Shown: in pieces, positions 1 to 9,422 of the stretch
How positions within the stretch are numbered: the stretch's first letter is position 1
Layout: every line of letters starts with the position of its first letter
Source of the DNA: Candidatus Eiseniibacteriota bacterium
GTDB taxonomy: Bacteria; Eisenbacteria; RBG-16-71-46; SZUA-252
Length of the DNA: 64,000 nt
Direction of reading: 5' to 3'
Assembly: GCA_963703225.1 (NCBI GenBank)
Contig: OY969801.1
Coordinates: 2,944,001 to 3,008,000 of the forward strand
The notes under the pieces: generated by a model
Seen by the model: only the letters and a program-made list of their open reading frames with translations
Database searches by the model: none
What the model was told of the DNA's origin: nothing
Made by a program: the position numbers and the translations under genes

Positions 1-1
1 T

Positions 2-979
2 GATGAGCGCGTCGGCGTCCTTCATCGCCCGCAGCACCTGCTCCGACATCGCGTCGGCCGTCGGCGCCTCGGACCTCTCGACCCCCATCGGGGGAGGCAC
101 CGACGTTCGCGCCGTGATGAGCCGGACATGCGCGCCCAAATCCCGGGCCGTCTCCGCCAATGCAAATCCCATCTTCCCGCTGGATCGATTGGTAATCACT
201 CGAACGGGGTCGATTGCCTCTTCGGTTCCGCCCGCCGTGATTACGATGGTGCGCCCGCGCAACGGCAGCCCATTCGTAGAGGGCGGCGAAAACGAACCAG
301 AGGGACCGTCCGCAGCTCGCGCTCCGCGCGAGCGAGGACCCGTGTCCCGTAGGTTCGATTTCGCCGCCCCCTTCGCGTCGCTTGTCGCTGCGAGGACGGA
401 AGCGCACGCAGCCACGATCGCATCGATGGTGGCCATGCGTCCGAGCCCGAACTCGCCATCCGCGAGCTCCCCTTCTTCCGGACCGACAAACAGGACGCCG
501 CGTCCGAGCAGGGTCGCCACGTTCGCCCGCACCGCGGCGTGCTCCCACATGGCGACGTTCATCGCCGGGGCCAGAAGCACGGGTGACCGGGTCGCCAGAA
601 GGGCGGTGGAGAGGAGATCGTCGGCAAGCCCGTGGGCCAGCTTGCCGATCATGTTCGCGGTGGCGGGGGCGACAAGCACGAGGTCGGCTTCGCGGGCCAT
701 GCCGATGTGCGCCATGCCCAGCGCCGACGGCGGAGCGCCGGTAAACCAGGGACCCGTCCCGAGCGCCGCGGGCTCGAAGAGGCCGGTGAGAACCGGTCCG
801 TGGGTCACCGATCGAAGTGCGTCCCTGGTCACGAATCGGCGGGCGCTCTTCGTGAGAATCACGGAAACGTGCGCCTTCTCCCTCCCGAGCGCCCGGACCA
901 GCTCGGGCGTCTTGTACGCCGCGACTCCCCCGGTGATGCCCAGGAGCACGCGCGCGCCGGTGAGAGATCGCGCCTTCAT
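2..979 (-). CDS. coaBC: Bifunctional phosphopantothenoylcysteine decarboxylase/ligase CoaBC (partial; 3' end runs off the window)
   Basis: Not in the ORF track because there is no stop in the window. Manual translation from ATG 979 gives LLGITGGVAAYK, APATANMIGKLAHGLADD, APAMNVAMW and ITAGGTEEAIDPVRVITNRSSGKMG. Canonical position after gmk-rpoZ. Confidence 0.95.
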   Translation of the reverse strand, partial: MKARSLTGARVLLGITGGVAAYKTPELVRALGREKAHVSVILTKSARRFVTRDALRSVTHGPVLTGLFEPAALGTGPWFTGAPPSALGMAHIGMAREADLVLVAPATANMIGKLAHGLADDLLSTALLATRSPVLLAPAMNVAMWEHAAVRANVATLLGRGVLFVGPEEGELADGEFGLGRMATIDAIVAACASVLAATSDAKGAAKSNLRDTGPRSRGARAADGPSGSFSPPSTNGLPLRGRTIVITAGGTEEAIDPVRVITNRSSGKMGFALAETARDLGAHVRLITARTSVPPPMGVERSEAPTADAMSEQVLRAMKDADALI

Positions 980-985
980 CTCAAG

Positions 986-1225
986 CTATTCCTCCGCCTC
1001 CGCCGAGGCCGGCACCACCGGCTCGTCGAGGCCGACCTCATAGCGATAGAGAACCTCTCCCTTCAACGCCTCCTCCAGGGCGATATTGGTGACCTTGCCG
1101 CCCAGATTCAGCCCGGTCTGGCGGGAGAGCTCATTCAAACGCCGGGCTTCCTTGGCCGCGACGATGATCAGCTCGTACTTGTTGGGGATGTTGCTCGACC
1201 GAAGCACCTCCGCCTTTTCGTCCAA
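986..1225 (-). CDS. rpoZ: RNA polymerase omega subunit
   Basis: NKYELIIVAAKEARRL...IALEE; AGGAGG RBS; lies between gmk and coaBC. Confidence 0.9.
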   Translation of the reverse strand: MDEKAEVLRSSNIPNKYELIIVAAKEARRLNELSRQTGLNLGGKVTNIALEEALKGEVLYRYEVGLDEPVVPASAEAEE

Positions 1226-1237
1226 GATCGTTCCTCC

Positions 1238-1921
1238 TTACCGGTTTTTCTGCGATTGCCGCGACGTCCTGCAGGCCTCCGCCTCGATGATGGCGGCCAC
1301 CTTGCGCGTCGCGTCCTCCAAGTCCTCGTTCACGATCGCGTAGTCGTACTCCTTCTGCAGCTCGATCTCGCGCTTCGCGTTCTCCAGCCGCACCCGGATG
1401 CGATCCTCGCCGTCCGTTCCTCGCGATCGGAGCCGTTCCTCCAGATGCTGAAGCGACGGCGGCAACACGAAGATGAAGACCGCGTCCGGATAGATCCGCC
1501 GCACCGACCGCCCGCCTTGGACGTCGATGTCGAGAAGCACGTTCTGCCCGGAGCCCAGGATCCGCTCCGTCTCCCGTCGAAGCGTGCCGTACCACTCGCC
1601 GTGGACTTCGGCCCACTCGACGAACTCGCCCGCCTTGACGCGGCGCTCGAACTCATCCCGTGAGATGAAGAAGTAGTCTCGCCCCTCTGTCTCGTGGGCC
1701 CGACGCGCCCGCGTGGTCGCCGACACCGAGTAGGCCAGCTCCGTCGGATAGCGCCGGAGCAGCTCCTTCACGAACGAGCTCTTTCCCGCGCCCGATGGAC
1801 CCGAGATCACGACGACGAATCGCCGGTACTCGGTGCCGATCCGCCCCGGATCACTCGATGTTCTGGACTTGCTCGCGGATCCGCTCAAGTTCCTCTTTGA
1901 CTTCGACGACCTGCTCCACAA
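1238..1921 (-). CDS. gmk: Guanylate kinase (start uncertain; true start probably nearer 1810-1855)
   Basis: ISGPSGAGKS P-loop, SVSATTR, EGRDYFF, EWAEVHGEWYGT, LDIDVQG, LPPS. Confidence 0.95.
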   Translation of the reverse strand: MWSRSSKSKRNLSGSASKSRTSSDPGRIGTEYRRFVVVISGPSGAGKSSFVKELLRRYPTELAYSVSATTRARRAHETEGRDYFFISRDEFERRVKAGEFVEWAEVHGEWYGTLRRETERILGSGQNVLLDIDVQGGRSVRRIYPDAVFIFVLPPSLQHLEERLRSRGTDGEDRIRVRLENAKREIELQKEYDYAIVNEDLEDATRKVAAIIEAEACRTSRQSQKNR

Positions 1922-2741
1922 TCGAAACGTCGGCCGACTTGGACCCGATCGTATTGATCTCGCGGTTCATCTCTTGAAGCAGGAAATTCAGCTTCCTCCC
2001 CGGCGCCGACTCTTCCCCGAGGAGCTTGGCGAAGTGGTCGCAATGCGCCTCCAGGCGCACGCACTCCTCGGTGGAGTCCAGCCGGTCCGAGAGGAGCGCG
2101 ATCTCCTGCGCGAGCCGCTCCTCCGGAAGATCCTTGTCTTCCATGAGCACTCGCACCCGCTCGCGGAGCTTCTCCGCGGTTTCCCTCACCTTGAGCGGCG
2201 CGCGCTCCCGGATCTTGGCGACTCGGCTCCGGATTCCATCGACCCGCGTCTCGAGATCGCGGCGCAGCGCCGCGCCCTCGGTCTCCTTCATTTTGATCAT
2301 GTCGTCGGTGGCCTTGCCGACCACCTGCCGGAGAAGCCCGAGGTAGTACTCCGGATCTTTCCCTTCTCCGCCCCAGACGAACACGCTCGGCAGCGACGCG
2401 AACGTGTTGAGATCGACGTCGCCGCTCAATTTGTACTTCCGTTTCACCGCCTGGAGGAGCTCGATGTAGCGGTCCGCGGTCCGCTCGTCCAGCGTGAGGG
2501 TCCCGAGCGGCTCCTTCCCCTCGTCGCCGTTCTCACCCCAGGTCACGACGAGCGTGATTTTCCCACGGCTCGTCCGGTCCTGGATGATCTTCCGGGCTTC
2601 GGCCTCATAGGCCGCGAGAGCCCGGGGCAAACGGGCCGAAAGCTCGCAAAACCGGTGGTTTACGGATCGGACTTCGGCCGCGAGGCGGAGGCCGTCGATC
2701 GTGGCCTCCCCCCGGCCGTAACCCGTCATGCTTCGGACCAT
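1851..2741 (-). CDS. yicC: YicC/YloC family endoribonuclease
   Basis: RSMTGYG, EVRSVNHRF, GRKLNFLLQEMNREINTIGSK, ERIREQVQNIE. Confidence 0.95.
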   Translation of the reverse strand: MVRSMTGYGRGEATIDGLRLAAEVRSVNHRFCELSARLPRALAAYEAEARKIIQDRTSRGKITLVVTWGENGDEGKEPLGTLTLDERTADRYIELLQAVKRKYKLSGDVDLNTFASLPSVFVWGGEGKDPEYYLGLLRQVVGKATDDMIKMKETEGAALRRDLETRVDGIRSRVAKIRERAPLKVRETAEKLRERVRVLMEDKDLPEERLAQEIALLSDRLDSTEECVRLEAHCDHFAKLLGEESAPGRKLNFLLQEMNREINTIGSKSADVSIVEQVVEVKEELERIREQVQNIE

Positions 2742-2776
2742 GATTGGCTTCGGATGCTCCCTGGGGGTGAACTCGT

Positions 2777-2805
2777 ACTTTACCCCGCCCTGGGCGGGGC
2801 GTCAA
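2777..2805 (-). promoter_or_regulatory. Sigma70-type promoter for yicC-gmk-rpoZ-coaBC
   Basis: Minus strand TTGACG-N17-TAAAGT. The spacer is itself a perfect inverted repeat (CCCCGCCC-A-GGGCGGGG). Confidence 0.6.
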
Positions 2806-2847
2806 CGCGGGTGGGCCGGAAATCGCACACGGACGGTCGAGGCGGCG

Positions 2848-5400
2848 CTAACCCTCGAGAATTGAAGCAGAAAAGATTTTTCTGCGACCCATCAGGGCGC
2901 GGAAGCCCCAGGCGGCGATCAGGAGCAGCAGGGCAGCGATGACCGTCGTTCGCCACGCGTACCACCGGGTGAAATCGAGCGTCAGAGGTGCGCTGGCGGA
3001 CAATAGACCTTGCACCACGTTGCAGATGATCGCCGCGATGATCCCCGCTCGCAGCGCGAGCACGAGCACCGCGGACGAGGCCACGATGCCGGCCCACTGG
3101 GCCACCGTGACGTGCCCCGAGGGGAAGCTCATCAGCAGGTAGAGCAGACCGAGGCCCACCCACGCCGCGCCGTCGCGCCGGGCGATAATCCGCAGGCTGA
3201 GGAGCAGCGCGAACGAGCCGAGCCCGAAGAGCAGGGAGATGCCGATGTCTATGAAGATCAAGCCCCAGAAGTCGGTGGCCCGGCCGAGAGGCAACGTCGC
3301 AAGCAGCAGTTCCACGTCACGGCGTCGCTCGAGGACGGCCGGGATGCAGCCGCAGAGGACGGCCCCCGCGCCCGCAAGCAAACCATAGAGGACTTCCTGC
3401 CCCACTCGGGGATCCGTGAAACGTCCCTCGAGGAGGCGGGTCCAGCCGATCAGGCGGTGGGGCCACCGGCGGCGGACAAACGGCTCGACCCCGAGATAGA
3501 AAAGCCAGGCCGCGAGCCCCTGGAAATACGGCTGGTGAAGCAACCAGCGCCAAACATGGAACGAGTCGAAGGTCCATCGTTGAAAGAGCGACTGCCCGAG
3601 CGCGACACTCAGGAACACGATCACACCCACCCGGACTGCGCCCCGCGCGTCGCTGCGGCCCAGACGCAGGTTGTGCCGGGCCAGGACCCCACCAACGGCG
3701 ATCGCCGCGACGACGAACCCGACGAAGAAGGCGAATGCCTGGTCACCGCGGAATGGCACGGGTTCGTCCCGTTCCGCTTGATTCCACGGGGCGATCGTCC
3801 GAAGCCAGACGGGCTTCCCTCTCCACGCGGCGGCCTCGAGCCGAACTTGCACTTGTCCGTCGCTCGCGATCCACGCGGCCCTCGTGTCGCAGGGGATGTC
3901 GGGGGTCCAAAGCGGCTCGACCGCACGGAGGCCGTGGGCATCGTATCCGGTAAGGGTGAGGAGCGAGGTCCAATCGGTCGGTGCCGCGCGACCCGAATCG
4001 GGCGGCGCGATCTGTCGATCGACCCGAGAAAACCCCAGGAGCCGCCCCTGGGGATCCATCGAGACGTACGCGTCTCCGCTCCAGTAAAGGGGCGGATCGA
4101 GGCGGGTGATAGACCCCCTCACATTCGGGACGATCGGTCTGGGGCTCTGCCGGAAATTGAACCGGAGCGCGGACGGCCGCGCGGCCGCCACCGAGGGGGT
4201 TCGACCGCGATTCAAAGACCAGACCGCGAACCCCTCGTCGAGGTCGACCCACAACTCGCTCGAGTGCGCCGGCACGTCGTCGCCGAGCTGCCGCGCCACG
4301 TCACGCGCCCGCTCGCGCAGAGCATCCGGACCGCGCGGCATCGCCACCTGGTCCAAACCGCTCAGGCCGGCCATGAAATAGACTGCGGAGGCCGCCACGA
4401 GTAACGCGAGGCCGAAGAGTCCCCAGGCCATCGCCGGCGAGGGCAGTACTTCCTCCGCCCCGGCGGCCACCATCTCGGGAGAGGGCGTCTCGCCCGCGCG
4501 GAGCGCTTCGGCCAGAGGGTCGCCGCCGGGAAGCAGCGCGAGAAGGTCCACGGCCGAACTCGGGCGTCGGGCGGGATCGCTTTCGAGACACTTGAGAATG
4601 GCCGCATCGATCGCGGGGTCGAGTCCCGGAACGGCACTCGAGGCACGCGAGGGGGGTCCACCCGCGCTCGGGCCGGAATCGGGCTTTGCCGTTCCGTCGA
4701 ACGGTCTCTTGCCGGTGAACATCTCGTAGAGCACGAGGCCCAGCGCGTAGACGTCGGTCCGCGGGGTGATGACCCCGCCGGCCAATTGTTCTGGGGCCAT
4801 ATACGCGGGTGTTCCCGACTTCGCCTCTTTACCCCGAACGGCCTCGGCTGCCGCCGCGAGCCCAAAGTCCGTGATCCGCGCGCGGCCTCTGCCGTCGAGC
4901 ATGATGTTGGCCGGCTTCAGATCCCGATGGACGATTCCGTCGGCGTGCGCGGCGGCCAGCCCGGCGCCGATCTGCCGCGCGAGGTCGAGGGCCTTTTCTT
5001 GCGGGAGGCGGCCGATTCGGCGCAAGAGCAACGCCAGATCCTCGCCGTCCACGTATTCCATCGTGATGAAGTGGTGTCCTTCGAATTCACCCACGTCGTA
5101 GACGCGGCAGACATTGGGATGGGAGACCTGGCGGGCGATCCGCACCTCGCCCATGAGCCGATTCAGCCGCTCCGGGTCCCGCTCCACGTCCGAAGGCAGG
5201 AATTTGAGCGCGACCGTCTGGCCGACCTTGAGGTCGTCGGCGCGGTAGACCTCGCCCATCCCACCCCGGCCCGCGAGGGCGACGATCCGGTATCGATCGC
5301 CGAGCACGGTGCCAGGGAGGAAGCGCCCATGCTCCGCGGAGAGCGCGAGCGTCTTCACGCTTTCCACCGTCGGGAGTGGATCGGCTGGATCCGTCGGCAT
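2848..5400 (-). CDS. Hanks-type Ser/Thr protein kinase with extracytoplasmic domain and multi-TM C-terminus
   Basis: GRGGMGEVY, VALKFL, HRDLKPAN, DFG and GTPAYMAPE; several hydrophobic helices C-terminally; ATG 5400 preceded by GGAGA. Confidence 0.9.
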   Translation of the reverse strand: MPTDPADPLPTVESVKTLALSAEHGRFLPGTVLGDRYRIVALAGRGGMGEVYRADDLKVGQTVALKFLPSDVERDPERLNRLMGEVRIARQVSHPNVCRVYDVGEFEGHHFITMEYVDGEDLALLLRRIGRLPQEKALDLARQIGAGLAAAHADGIVHRDLKPANIMLDGRGRARITDFGLAAAAEAVRGKEAKSGTPAYMAPEQLAGGVITPRTDVYALGLVLYEMFTGKRPFDGTAKPDSGPSAGGPPSRASSAVPGLDPAIDAAILKCLESDPARRPSSAVDLLALLPGGDPLAEALRAGETPSPEMVAAGAEEVLPSPAMAWGLFGLALLVAASAVYFMAGLSGLDQVAMPRGPDALRERARDVARQLGDDVPAHSSELWVDLDEGFAVWSLNRGRTPSVAAARPSALRFNFRQSPRPIVPNVRGSITRLDPPLYWSGDAYVSMDPQGRLLGFSRVDRQIAPPDSGRAAPTDWTSLLTLTGYDAHGLRAVEPLWTPDIPCDTRAAWIASDGQVQVRLEAAAWRGKPVWLRTIAPWNQAERDEPVPFRGDQAFAFFVGFVVAAIAVGGVLARHNLRLGRSDARGAVRVGVIVFLSVALGQSLFQRWTFDSFHVWRWLLHQPYFQGLAAWLFYLGVEPFVRRRWPHRLIGWTRLLEGRFTDPRVGQEVLYGLLAGAGAVLCGCIPAVLERRRDVELLLATLPLGRATDFWGLIFIDIGISLLFGLGSFALLLSLRIIARRDGAAWVGLGLLYLLMSFPSGHVTVAQWAGIVASSAVLVLALRAGIIAAIICNVVQGLLSASAPLTLDFTRWYAWRTTVIAALLLLIAAWGFRALMGRRKIFSASILEG

Positions 5401-5509
5401 CGTCTCTCCGGGCGCCCGCGCTGCGGATGGGCAGAGGTCACGTTGCTCGCGGAGAACAGAATGGCTGAAAGAGTGATTTCTGGCTAGTCCATGCATTCCC
5501 CGAAAGAGA

Positions 5510-5539
5510 TTGACCGCCGCGCGGCGCGCTCCCTAACGT
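5510..5539 (+). promoter_or_regulatory. Sigma70-type promoter, probably giving a leaderless mRNA
   Basis: TTGACC-N18-TAACGT, with ATG 5546 only 6 nt downstream and no SD. Confidence 0.55.
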
Positions 5540-5545
5540 CCGCTC

Positions 5546-7330
5546 ATGCGGTCGCGCCAAGAACCCGAGAAATCGCGAGAACGTACGCTCCGGCCGCAAA
5601 GGGCAGCGCCGCTTTGGCTGGCCGTCATTCTCGCCTCGATCGTCCTCCTCTCCGCCCTCGCGCCGCAGTGGAAGTCGCTCGACTACGACTTCGTCTGGGA
5701 TGATCCGTTCTTGATCGGCCCGCATCTCGCGGTCAAGGGGTGGGATGGCGTGGTCAAGCTCTGGAATCAGCCGTTCGACCTCCGGCTCAAGGATGAGGCG
5801 CTGGCGCGGAGCTACTTCCGTCCCGCGACGCTCTTCAGCTTCGCGCTCGACTGGGCGAGGTCGGGGGATGATCCACGCGCGTACCACGCACAAAATCTCT
5901 TCTGGTACGCGATCGGCTGCCTCTTCCTCTGGCTCCTCGCCTGGGAGATCTCCGGGCTCCCGATCGCGGCGACCGCGGGGACCGTTCTCTTCGCCCTCCA
6001 CCCAACCCATCCGGAGAGCGTCTGCTTTATCGCGGGCCGAACCGATCTCCTGGCCGGCGCGTTTCTCTTCGCGTCCCTTTGGGCCGCCGCGCGGTTCGGG
6101 CCGGAGATTCGGTCCCCTTGGCGGAAGCTGCTGCCCGCCGCGCTGCTCCTGCTCCCCGGTCTCTTCGCCAAGGAGGTCGCGCTGTTCGGCTCGCCGTTGG
6201 TGGTGCTCACCCTCTGGCTCAAGGATCGCAGGGTCGGCCCCTCGACGATCGCGCGGGCGAGCGTGCCGGTCGTTGCGGCGATCCTTGTCTACTTGCTCGC
6301 GCGATACGCCGCGCTCGGATCGACGCCGCTCCCCGCGATCCCGCCGGTCCAGGGCACCCTGCCCCAGATCCTCACCAGCGTGGCGGTGGTCGCGAGGTAC
6401 GTCCAGCTTCTCGTCTTCCCGATCGGCCTCACCGCGCGGCACGAAATCGCGGCGACCGTGGCGCCCGACGGCATCTTCTTCGCGGGTCTCCTCGCGCTCC
6501 TCGCGATGGCCGTGGGGGCGGTGCTCCTGGCGCGCCGCCGCTCGATGTGGCTTCTGCCGCTCGGCCTCTTCGCGGCAACGCTCCTTCCGATCTGCTACGT
6601 CCGCATCCTCTCGGGGGCGCTCGTCGCCGAGCGCTTCCTCTTCGTCCCGAGCGCGGCCCTCGCGCTCGTCGTGGCGCTCCTGCCGGGGAAGCGGGACGCG
6701 GGGCCACTTTTCTTGGGCGTCGTGGCGGCGGCGGCGATCTGGTTCTACACGCTCCTCGCGCCCCGCGTGCTGAACTGGAGAAACGAGGGAACGCTCTTCG
6801 GCTCGATGCTTCGCGACTCTCCGGAGTCGCCCCACGTCCACGGCATCATCGGCGACTACTATTACCGCCAGCGGGATCTGCCGCGGGCCGCCGCCCACTT
6901 CCGCCGCTCGTTCGAGCTCTATCCGCTGTCAGGCGTGATGCTCCTGAATCTCGGCGCCGCGGAGGACGAAATGGGGCAACCCGACTCCGCCTTCATCCAT
7001 ATTCGAAAGCTGAACGCCCTGGAGCCCGACTACGGCCCCGGTTGGTACGCGCTGGGCAATCTCCACGCGCGCGCGGCGCAGCCCGATTCCGCGCGGGTGG
7101 CCTACGAGCATGCGATCCGCCTCATGCCCCAATTCGCGGAGGCGGAGAACAACCTCGGCGCGGTGCTCGAGCAGATGGGGCGGTTCGATGAGGCGGTCGC
7201 GCACTACCGGCGGGCGGTCGAGGTTCAGCCTGGATACCCGGAGGCGTCGCGGAATCTGAGCCGCCTCTCGGCGGAGATCCAGGCGAAGGCGGACAGCCTC
7301 GCCGCCGTCCGGGGCACGAGGCGGCGATGA
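5546..7330 (+). CDS. GT-C fold membrane glycosyltransferase with C-terminal TPRs (TMTC-like putative protein O-mannosyltransferase)
   Basis: DYDFVWDD, YFRP, LFALHPTHPESV..IAGRTDLL and AERFLFVPS; many TM helices; TPRs (EAENNLGAVL). Confidence 0.8.
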   Translation: MRSRQEPEKSRERTLRPQRAAPLWLAVILASIVLLSALAPQWKSLDYDFVWDDPFLIGPHLAVKGWDGVVKLWNQPFDLRLKDEALARSYFRPATLFSFALDWARSGDDPRAYHAQNLFWYAIGCLFLWLLAWEISGLPIAATAGTVLFALHPTHPESVCFIAGRTDLLAGAFLFASLWAAARFGPEIRSPWRKLLPAALLLLPGLFAKEVALFGSPLVVLTLWLKDRRVGPSTIARASVPVVAAILVYLLARYAALGSTPLPAIPPVQGTLPQILTSVAVVARYVQLLVFPIGLTARHEIAATVAPDGIFFAGLLALLAMAVGAVLLARRRSMWLLPLGLFAATLLPICYVRILSGALVAERFLFVPSAALALVVALLPGKRDAGPLFLGVVAAAAIWFYTLLAPRVLNWRNEGTLFGSMLRDSPESPHVHGIIGDYYYRQRDLPRAAAHFRRSFELYPLSGVMLLNLGAAEDEMGQPDSAFIHIRKLNALEPDYGPGWYALGNLHARAAQPDSARVAYEHAIRLMPQFAEAENNLGAVLEQMGRFDEAVAHYRRAVEVQPGYPEASRNLSRLSAEIQAKADSLAAVRGTRRR

Positions 7331-8793
7331 AGTCGCTCGCACATTCGCTCGAAGGGCTCCGCGTGAGCGGCGTGATCGGCCTCTCGCCCCGGTCGCTCGC
7401 GATCGCGTTTGGGACCAAGCCGCGACGCTACCTCTGGATGCATCTCGAGCGAAAGCGGGCCGAACTGGCGTTCGCCGACCGGCTCCCCAGCACCCCCGAT
7501 CCGCGCGGTTCACGTTACGGCGCGATCGAGGAGGCCATTCGAGGGCTCACGGTCTCGAGGGCCGAGGTCGACGCGGGCGGATCGATCACCCTCCGCCTGT
7601 CGCCCGAGCCCGATCGAGACGCTACCCACGAGATTCTCGTCACCGCGAGCGGCACCCGGACCAATCTCGTCGTGCTCCAGGTGGCGGATGGCACCGTGCT
7701 CTGGGCGCTCCACCGCGAGCCGGAGGGCGCGGGGGCGGCACCGTCGGGGGCTCCGCCCGCCGCCTTTCACGCGCCCGAGATTCGGGCCGCCCACGAGCCG
7801 GCGGAGCGAGAGCGGCTCGCGGCCCAGATCGCGCGGGCCTTTAAAGAGGATTTCGACCGGGAGCTGGCGCACGAACTAAACGCCGCGGAGCGTGGGCTCA
7901 CGCGGCGTTTGGAAGCACAAGGGGGGGACCTGGAGCGGACGCGCGCCTACTTGGCCGCGCGCCGCTGGGGGGAAATCTTGCTCTCGCATTATCGCGAGAT
8001 TCCAAGGGGGGCGAGCCGCGTCCGTCTCCCCGACACGTTCGCGGACTCGCCTGGAGCCACGGTCGAGATCCCGCTCGATCCGACACTCACTCCCCAAAAT
8101 AACGCGGCGCGTCTCTTCCAGAAGGCGAAGAAGGGCGAGCGCGGTCAGAGGCTGGTGGAAGAACGCATCGCTCAAACCCGGAAGAGCCTAGCGGGGCTTG
8201 CTGGGGTGCGCCGCGACCTCCTGACCCGTCCGCCGAAGGAAGCGCTCAAGCTCTTTCACGACTTCCTCCGCGAAGCGGGATTGAGTTTCAAGGCGCGGGG
8301 CGACGGTCGAAAGATCCGTCTGGGTCGACGGACCGCCGCCACGCCCCGCGCGGGACGTCCAGGGCACCGACCTCCAGGGGCGCGCGAGTCGATCAGGCCA
8401 AGGACGCTCGTCACAAGCGATGGATGGGAGGTCTGGGTCGGCCGCAACAACGCCGACAACGACCGCATCACCCACCGGCTATCGAACCCCCACGATCTCT
8501 GGTTCCACGTCGTGGGGGTCCCGGGCTCCCACGTCATCCTCCGCCGACCTTCGCGTAACGCGGTACCCAAGCCACGTGCGCTTGAGGAGGCGGCCGCGAT
8601 CGCCGCCTACTTCAGCAAGGCGAGGAAGCTTTCGCGGGTCCCGGTCATTTTCACAGAACGAAAATTTGTCTCGAAACCCCGCCGCGGCAAACCCGGACAG
8701 GCAATCTGCTCACGAGAGCGGGAACTGCTCGTCCGTCCCGGGATTCCCGAGTCGAACGCCGGCGGTGCCAGTGAGCGCGAGGTGTCTAGCTAA
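7327..8793 (+). CDS. rqcH: NFACT family ribosome quality-control protein (RqcH/FbpA-like)
   Basis: IPLDPTLTPQNNAARLFQKAKK; NFACT-R motifs VGRNNADNDRIT, DLWFHV..VPGSHVIL and AAAIAAYFSKAR; ATGA overlap with the upstream gene. Confidence 0.85.
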   Translation: MKSLAHSLEGLRVSGVIGLSPRSLAIAFGTKPRRYLWMHLERKRAELAFADRLPSTPDPRGSRYGAIEEAIRGLTVSRAEVDAGGSITLRLSPEPDRDATHEILVTASGTRTNLVVLQVADGTVLWALHREPEGAGAAPSGAPPAAFHAPEIRAAHEPAERERLAAQIARAFKEDFDRELAHELNAAERGLTRRLEAQGGDLERTRAYLAARRWGEILLSHYREIPRGASRVRLPDTFADSPGATVEIPLDPTLTPQNNAARLFQKAKKGERGQRLVEERIAQTRKSLAGLAGVRRDLLTRPPKEALKLFHDFLREAGLSFKARGDGRKIRLGRRTAATPRAGRPGHRPPGARESIRPRTLVTSDGWEVWVGRNNADNDRITHRLSNPHDLWFHVVGVPGSHVILRRPSRNAVPKPRALEEAAAIAAYFSKARKLSRVPVIFTERKFVSKPRRGKPGQAICSRERELLVRPGIPESNAGGASEREVSS

Positions 8794-8794
8794 G

Positions 8795-9036
8795 GTGCGG
8801 AAGCGATGCGCGGTGGGGGGGACCCATCCTGGATCACTGCTGCTTCAAAACAAGGGGTCGCGGACAGATGAGGCACCCAAAGAGAGTCAGTCTAGGAGCC
8901 TTTATGTCCAAACGGACTCGAGAGGAGGTAGGTTTAGCCCTGGCCTTGGCATCTCCAGAGTGCTCCCAGTCGTCCGCGGCCCTGATGTCGTTGTTTTGCC
9001 TTTAGGAAGCCACCCCGTTCCGGCGGGCTGACGTTC
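8795..9036 (-). ncRNA. Putative sigma54-dependent structured small RNA (long rod hairpin with CCUCCU loop)
   Basis: No credible ORF. Nested complementary arms 8842-8846/9006-9010, 8846-8853/8991-8998 and 8859-8865/8972-8978; G-U pairs favour the minus strand; lies directly downstream of a -24/-12 motif. Confidence 0.5.
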
Positions 9037-9046
9037 GGCCCTAAAG

Positions 9047-9062
9047 AGCATCGCGCGTGCCG
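9047..9062 (-). promoter_or_regulatory. Sigma54 (-24/-12) promoter
   Basis: Minus strand CGGCACGCGCGATGCT (GG-N10-GC); AT-rich tract at about 9083-9130 between it and the candidate enhancers. Confidence 0.6.
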
Positions 9063-9178
9063 CGTTTGGCTCGACACAGCCACTAATTTGGACTGCGAGT
9101 AAAACAGTCTAATTATGCAAGTTAAGCTCTTCACTCCACCGCCTCTCCTCACCCGGTTCGGGCTCCCGCTGCCCATCG

Positions 9179-9287
9179 TGGGACATGAATGTCACACTTT
9201 GACATGGCGAATTCGGCATAACACTGGGTAGCCCAAGAGTTTAGCGCGATGTCACGCCACATTCATCGGCGCGACATCGATGTCACG
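9179..9287. promoter_or_regulatory. Candidate enhancer (UAS) palindromes GACA-N4-TGTC
   Basis: TGGGACATGAATGTCACA (9179-9196), CGCGACATCGATGTCACG (9270-9287) and a half-site TGTCACG (9250-9256), about 120-225 bp upstream of the sigma54 promoter. Confidence 0.55.
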
Positions 9288-9375
9288 GCGGCTCCCTGGA
9301 TCTCGGAGGCTGGAAGCCCGCGGCACCTGCCCTCGCATTCAGCTGAAACCGGGCAGCCCACTACCACGTTCTAAT

Positions 9376-9404
9376 GGATGACCGAAATGCGATTCTGGTC
9401 ATCC
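9376..9404. promoter_or_regulatory. Inverted-repeat operator, probably for the adjacent TetR regulator
   Basis: GGATGACC-N13-GGTCATCC immediately upstream of the TetR RBS. Confidence 0.6.
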
Positions 9405-9422
9405 GCACAGAGTGGAGGGCTC

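Noticed and set aside
8930..9005. c-di-GMP-I riboswitch-like words (GGCAAA...GATGCCAAGGCC...CTAAACC) on the minus strand
   Set aside because: The GNRA-capped P2 and the P1 closing are not found, there is no downstream gene on that strand, and the segments pair in a different long hairpin.
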